A stretch of DNA of 58,992 bases, counting the filler. It is 7 parts of 7 records of this genome, joined end to end, with 100 filler letters (N's around TTAATTAATTAA, not from the genome) between each part and the next. Parts side by side here need not be neighbours in the genome. Positions count along the whole stretch, not along the records: positions 53,583 to 58,992 come from SRR31147125_27367; 6 more parts are not named here. One strand, 5' to 3'. This document shows, piece after piece, positions 54,649 to 58,992 of this stretch; positions within the stretch are counted from its first letter, which is position 1, and each line of letters opens with the position of its first letter. Below the pieces are notes generated by a model. It was not told where the DNA came from and did not search any database. It was given only the letters and a program-made list of their open reading frames with translations. The position numbers and the translations under genes are program-made.

Positions 54649-56577
54649 CTAGGTATGATGAACGTTTCCGTTGTAAATGTCGATGTAATTTCTTAATTTT
54701 GCATCCGGAATATTGGCAGTTATTCCTTCTATTATCCAGTCCATTCCAATTATATCGGATATTCTAGCATTTTCATTTTCCAGTATACGAAGCTTGCCGT
54801 TTTTATCATATATCGGTCCCTCAAAGGGATATGCAACTTTTGCTACTATTCCATTTTTCAAAAACTTAACCAGATGTTTTGTATTGTTAGATAACTTATC
54901 TGATATTTCAATGTCCAGCATTCCCGTGTCAAGTCCCCACCAATAGTTAAGCCTTTGGCTTTTGGTCGGAAGTATTGATTTGACTGCGGTAAATCTGTTA
55001 GAGAGGATGTCCTCCATTATGGTGTCGTAGAATTCATTCCAATTCCAAATAGCCGTAGCAATTTTTTCCCAATTTTGTCCTGAGCGTTTATACAAACCCA
55101 TTTCTCCTAATACACAAGCCCCTTCAGTGCAGAACGAAGTATTATAGCATACGTCGCAGTCAGAATTTTTAAGCTCGTTTATTATGATGTCGTTATATTC
55201 CTGCTGGTTTTGTAATGTGCCCTTTCTCGTTACTAACCTGACACGAGCATCATCTTGTATCATCTTTACGCCTAATGTAAATGCGTTTAAACTCATCAGT
55301 ACAGAAGGCAGCATTCTGGGTGTTAAAAATATAAATTCCGATTTATTGCTGACAGACGCCGCAACCGCACCTAATATAAACGCCTGCTCATAGCAGCGCC
55401 CGTAATAAGTTTCTACATATTCAAATTTTGAAAAAGATGAACACAAAAATAATGATTTATTGCTATATTGAAGCGAAGCTTTTAGGATGTTTTTATGATA
55501 TACCGGACTTGTTGCAAATATTACATCGTTTTCTTCGACTATTTTGTGTATCTCATTATATTTTGCACTTCTAAAAGATATATTATGATATGCTTTGGTG
55601 TTTAATTGTTTCTCATATTTTTCCTGTAGTTTATTCTGCGCCTTTTTATGGTACATGCTCCAGCCGTTCTGGGCATCATCCTGATATACAAATGCCACAT
55701 TTAGATTTGTAAATCTGCGTCTCGGCGCTCTGCTGCTTGCAACTATAGGTACATCAACTTTAACAAAATCATCAATATTGTCACTGGTAACCGAAGCCAA
55801 AGTGTGTATATATCTTTTGACAGTATTTCTGTATTTTTCCGTATGAGTTGCATCGTCGAATCCATTAATGGTGACAAAGTATAAAAATGCATCGGCAGTA
55901 GTTATGGGCAGGCTGCGTCCGCCGTATGCCAGATACATCTCCCTGAATTTCTCATATAAGGATATTGCAACATGCTTATAGGGGTTTTCAGCAACAAATT
56001 TTTCTTTATTTTTTTCTATAAGACTGGCAAGCTTTTCATATTTTTCCGGTCTTGAAAACCATATGGCATTATAGCCCGCAAGTTTATAAAAATCCAGCGA
56101 AGCATAATATATCATGCTTCTAAGGTTGTTTTTATCCCTTTGAGGCATCAGCCTGGTTACAGTGGCGGGAAATGAAAATATTCCGCAGTATTTTAGTACG
56201 CTTATCCTTTTATTTCCCTCTATTACATAAATCCTGTTTAAAAATTCATATGCTTTAATCGGGTCTCTTAATCCCTCTTCCTGCTGAATTCTATACACAT
56301 TGGACCATTTATTGGCAAACTCAGTGTTTGGCGCTAAAAGCGGCATATATGATCTTGAAAAGCTGTTGCCTCTCATGTTCGTGTAAGTACCGACAATCTG
56401 CCGCAGAGGAACATCTATCAATCCAATTGACACCTGATTTACTATTTTTGTACCCTGCATTATGGTGTCTAAGTCTCGGAGAAATGGATATCTGTCCTGC
56501 TTTTCTAACCTTTCGATCTCATCTAAGCCTCTTTTTCGGGCACTGCTATATCTATCTTCTATCTCAAAAAAAGTCAT
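54649..56577 (-). CDS. Cytoplasmic ParB/Srx-like domain fused to a BMP-family nucleoside-binding domain
   Basis: VPLRQIVGT, PIKAYEF..YVIEGNKRISV; C-terminal VAFVY..GWSMYH, YYGRCYEQAFILG, NAFTLG, WNWNEFY, YWWGL, PFEGPIYDKNGKLRI, MDWIIEGI; no signal peptide. Confidence 0.8.
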   Translation of the reverse strand: MTFFEIEDRYSSARKRGLDEIERLEKQDRYPFLRDLDTIMQGTKIVNQVSIGLIDVPLRQIVGTYTNMRGNSFSRSYMPLLAPNTEFANKWSNVYRIQQEEGLRDPIKAYEFLNRIYVIEGNKRISVLKYCGIFSFPATVTRLMPQRDKNNLRSMIYYASLDFYKLAGYNAIWFSRPEKYEKLASLIEKNKEKFVAENPYKHVAISLYEKFREMYLAYGGRSLPITTADAFLYFVTINGFDDATHTEKYRNTVKRYIHTLASVTSDNIDDFVKVDVPIVASSRAPRRRFTNLNVAFVYQDDAQNGWSMYHKKAQNKLQEKYEKQLNTKAYHNISFRSAKYNEIHKIVEENDVIFATSPVYHKNILKASLQYSNKSLFLCSSFSKFEYVETYYGRCYEQAFILGAVAASVSNKSEFIFLTPRMLPSVLMSLNAFTLGVKMIQDDARVRLVTRKGTLQNQQEYNDIIINELKNSDCDVCYNTSFCTEGACVLGEMGLYKRSGQNWEKIATAIWNWNEFYDTIMEDILSNRFTAVKSILPTKSQRLNYWWGLDTGMLDIEISDKLSNNTKHLVKFLKNGIVAKVAYPFEGPIYDKNGKLRILENENARISDIIGMDWIIEGITANIPDAKLRNYIDIYNGNVHHT

Positions 56578-56609
56578 TCTATCTCTTCCTTTATAAATCG
56601 CTTTAATAT

Positions 56610-57206
56610 CTAATATTCAAACAAGTAATACGGACCTACGTTAATAATTTCTGTTTCCTGATAACTATGCTTTCTTGGTATCCTTCTGTCGTAGCAGGAA
56701 TGCTGATGACCATGAAGAAAATACTTCGGTTTGTAATTTTCCATCAATGTAATAAAGCTCTTAAATCCTTTATGCGCAATATCTTCCCCGTCCCCTATGC
56801 CAAACGCAGGAGAATGGGCTGCGAAAATATCAATCCCACCTGTTTTCTTTATGGTACGTCTCAATTTTATAGTACGTTTTTCCATCTCCTGTTCGGAATA
56901 CTGATATGGTCTCTCAGGTCTGTACCTAATACTGCCGCCTAACCCCAGCACCCTTAATCCATTTTCGTGAACATATACTTTTCCGTCTATGTCAGTGCAG
57001 CCCTCGGGCGGATGTTTTTCATAATGCGTGTCGTGATTGCCGTGCACATATAGCAAAGGCGCCGGTATCATAGTAACCAGAAACTCAAGATATGACGCTT
57101 TTAAATCCCCGCATGATATTATTAAATCCACATCTTTAAACTTTTCTCTATCAAAATAATCCCAAATATACTTGTCTTCAATATCAGCTACTGCCAGTAT
57201 GTTCAT
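56610..57206 (-). CDS. Calcineurin-like metallophosphoesterase
   Basis: AVAD, SCGDL, VHGNHD, AHSP, HGHQH. Confidence 0.9.
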   Translation of the reverse strand: MNILAVADIEDKYIWDYFDREKFKDVDLIISCGDLKASYLEFLVTMIPAPLLYVHGNHDTHYEKHPPEGCTDIDGKVYVHENGLRVLGLGGSIRYRPERPYQYSEQEMEKRTIKLRRTIKKTGGIDIFAAHSPAFGIGDGEDIAHKGFKSFITLMENYKPKYFLHGHQHSCYDRRIPRKHSYQETEIINVGPYYLFEY

Positions 57207-57284
57207 CCTTCTTCTTCCTTTTTCATCAGTAATAATTAAGCTCGTAAGAAATATCTAATTTTACTTCTTAATATTTTTTTAAGA

Positions 57285-57488
57285 TCACCTTTGTTTTTCA
57301 TCTCTTAACTTTTGAATATCTTCTTTCATTCTTTTTGCTGTTTCCCTGTCCAAAAAGCTAAATCTTGGGTTTTCGCCTCCAAGACAATCCCTGCATTTGT
57401 ATAAGCATTCCGGACAGATGCAGTAGCTTTGTTCGCCTTTTTCAACGTGATCCATAAATGCTCCGCACATCTGACAGCCGCATTTCAT
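57285..57488 (-). CDS. Small cysteine-rich (probable Zn/Fe-binding) protein
   Basis: AAAGGAGG RBS; CGCQMC and CICPECLYKCRDC, 8 Cys in 35 residues. Confidence 0.75.
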   Translation of the reverse strand: MKCGCQMCGAFMDHVEKGEQSYCICPECLYKCRDCLGGENPRFSFLDRETAKRMKEDIQKLRDEKQR

Positions 57489-57502
57489 AATGTGCCCTCC
57501 TT

Positions 57503-58009
57503 TTAAAAATCCATTATCTCTTTAAGTTTATCCTTTGTATCGTCGTCCAGATACGCACCAAGCTGAACGGCATGGCTGTCCTTATGCATTTTGCTTCTTT
57601 CAGTGCCCTTTTTTACAATTTCGTTTAAAAGCTCTCTTGCCGATATCCTGCTTGCTCCTTGGGATAACACCATCAGCTGCTCTGCACCGTCAGATGTTGC
57701 TACATAAATGTTCTGCTGATACCTATCAAGCTGTGAAACTGCCTTTTCAATATAGCTGTCTGCTGTCTGGTGCTCTTTTGTGTATACAATTGTTACACTG
57801 GGTCTTTGTATTTTTTTGTCTGTCGTTCCCTTTACCATATGTGCATCAAATACTATAATCGCCTTAATTCCGGAATACGATGCATATTCTCCAATCATAT
57901 CGGACAATCTTTCCCTTGCCGCTTCTAAATTGACCGATCTTGATAAGTACTTTAATTCCTTCCATGCGTGTATTATATTATATCCGTCTACAAATAATAT
58001 GTCGTTCAT
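57503..58009 (-). CDS. yacP: NYN-domain endoribonuclease YacP/Rae1
   Basis: VDGYNIIHAW, IVFDAH, TADSYIEK, VATSD; follows rlmB. Confidence 0.92.
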   Translation of the reverse strand: MNDILFVDGYNIIHAWKELKYLSRSVNLEAARERLSDMIGEYASYSGIKAIIVFDAHMVKGTTDKKIQRPSVTIVYTKEHQTADSYIEKAVSQLDRYQQNIYVATSDGAEQLMVLSQGASRISARELLNEIVKKGTERSKMHKDSHAVQLGAYLDDDTKDKLKEIMDF

Positions 58010-58749
58010 TATTTCTTTAATTCCCTCTGCCTTACACTTTCAAATATTAATACTCCTGCTGCAACCGATGCATTAAGCGAGCCAATTCTGCCTTTCATGG
58101 GAATGGATACCACGTTGTCGCAGTTTTCCATTACAAGACGGCGAATTCCCTTGCCTTCGCTGCCAATGACCAATGCCAGTGCTCCCGTCAAATCCGAATT
58201 ATAACATATTTCGCCTTTTATATCAGTGCCTATTACCCAAATATTTTTATTTTTCAAATATTTAATAGCGTCAACCAAATTGGTAACTCTTGCTATGGGC
58301 ATATGGGCAAGCGCTCCAGCTGATGCCTTGTATGCAACGGAGCTTAATGGTGCGCTTCGCCTTGCAGGCACTATTACTCCGGCAGCGCCTGCACATTCGC
58401 TGCTTCTTATTACTGCACCTAGATTATGCGGGTCTTGTATTTCATCCAATATTACAAAAAGCGGCGATTCGTTATTTTCTAATACTGAATCTACCAACTT
58501 TTCAAAGTCTGTATATGATACTTCTGGCAGTACGCCGATTAATCCCTGATGAGAATGGCTTTTCGCCATATTTTCAAGCCTGTGCTTGGGCACATATTCA
58601 ATTACCGTTCTGCTTTCTTTAGCTAAATCCAATATTCCGCCGATTTTACGCTTATCTATTCCGTCCTGCACGTAAAGCCTCTCAATTGTCTTTCCTGACT
58701 TTAAAGCCTCTAGAACTGGATTTTTGCCTTCAACTTGTATTCTGTCCAT
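58009..58749 (-). CDS. rlmB: 23S rRNA (Gm2251) 2'-O-methyltransferase
   Basis: EGKNPVLEAL, HQG, LDEIQDPHNLGAVIRS, KASAGA, GSEGKG, SLNASVA. Confidence 0.95.
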   Translation of the reverse strand: MDRIQVEGKNPVLEALKSGKTIERLYVQDGIDKRKIGGILDLAKESRTVIEYVPKHRLENMAKSHSHQGLIGVLPEVSYTDFEKLVDSVLENNESPLFVILDEIQDPHNLGAVIRSSECAGAAGVIVPARRSAPLSSVAYKASAGALAHMPIARVTNLVDAIKYLKNKNIWVIGTDIKGEICYNSDLTGALALVIGSEGKGIRRLVMENCDNVVSIPMKGRIGSLNASVAAGVLIFESVRQRELKK

Positions 58750-58992
58750 TATAAACTTTCCGCTCTTTTTTTAACTTCTAATTGTTTCCTACAGCTTTTT
58801 TTACCCTCTGTACACTTGCCTCCTACACAGTTCGGTCCTGCATTTGTAAAAAGCTCCCTTGCCGCTTCCTTGCAGTGTTTCAGCATCTGCCATGCAACCT
58901 CCCGTATTTCCCACTGTGCTCGATTGCAGCATCGAATGGCAAAAAAGTGCCGCAATTCACGGGCATTCATAGTAACTACCATTTTAGTTTCT
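58749..58992 (-). CDS. thyX: FAD-dependent thymidylate synthase, C-terminal part
   Basis: [39 protein letters not shown]; sits before rlmB. Confidence 0.88.
   Translation of the reverse strand, partial: ETKMVVTMNARELRHFFAIRCCNRAQWEIREVAWQMLKHCKEAARELFTNAGPNCVGGKCTEGKKSCRKQLEVKKRAESL

Noticed and set aside
54649-56577. Ordinary BMP ABC-transporter lipoprotein or chromosome-partitioning ParB
   Set aside because: No signal peptide, no transporter genes and no parA nearby; reported instead as a fusion of unknown function

Overview
This window is not one locus. It is seven unrelated contigs joined by artificial 100-nt linkers (N44-TTAATTAATTAA-N44), so neighbourhood arguments hold only within a contig. 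About 19 single-base frameshifts, mostly in homopolymer runs, split otherwise intact genes and look like sequencing errors; genes below are reconstructed across them. Taxonomic labels are impressions from gene content. Contig 1 (1-8649, FCB-type): PBP1A, pdxS/pdxT, a beta-CASP/MBL nuclease, an orphan lipoprotein, an ECF sigma factor, acpS and nnrE. Contig 2 (8750-21175, Bacteroidota-like): a sulfatase, a beta-propeller glycosidase, an OprC-type copper TonB receptor, a stressosome operon wired to two hybrid kinases, and two GNATs. Contig 3 (21276-26865): surface-polysaccharide genes. Contig 4 (26966-37665): an operon of UDP-GlcNAc pyrophosphorylase, an AsmA-like bridge protein, a YdbL lipoprotein and a giant TolB-propeller/TPR/pseudo-CHAT protein. 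Contig 5 (37766-48227): a SusD-less polysaccharide locus (HTCS, TBDR, CTD-bearing secreted protein, PorV-like barrel, sulfatase, GH106). Contig 6 (48328-53482, Bacteroidota-like): an ABCG-type transporter, metY with a Met-Cys-Cys-Cys leader peptide, and hemerythrin. Contig 7 (53583-58992, Clostridia-like): thyX-rlmB-yacP, a Cys-rich microprotein, a metallophosphoesterase, a ParB-like/BMP fusion and TetR. I saw no rRNA, tRNA, CRISPR array or transposase. The best candidates for undescribed systems are the AsmA/YdbL/pseudo-CHAT operon, the TBDR-CTD-PorV triad, the cysteine leader attenuator, the sensor-less stressosome and the ParB-BMP/phosphoesterase pair.
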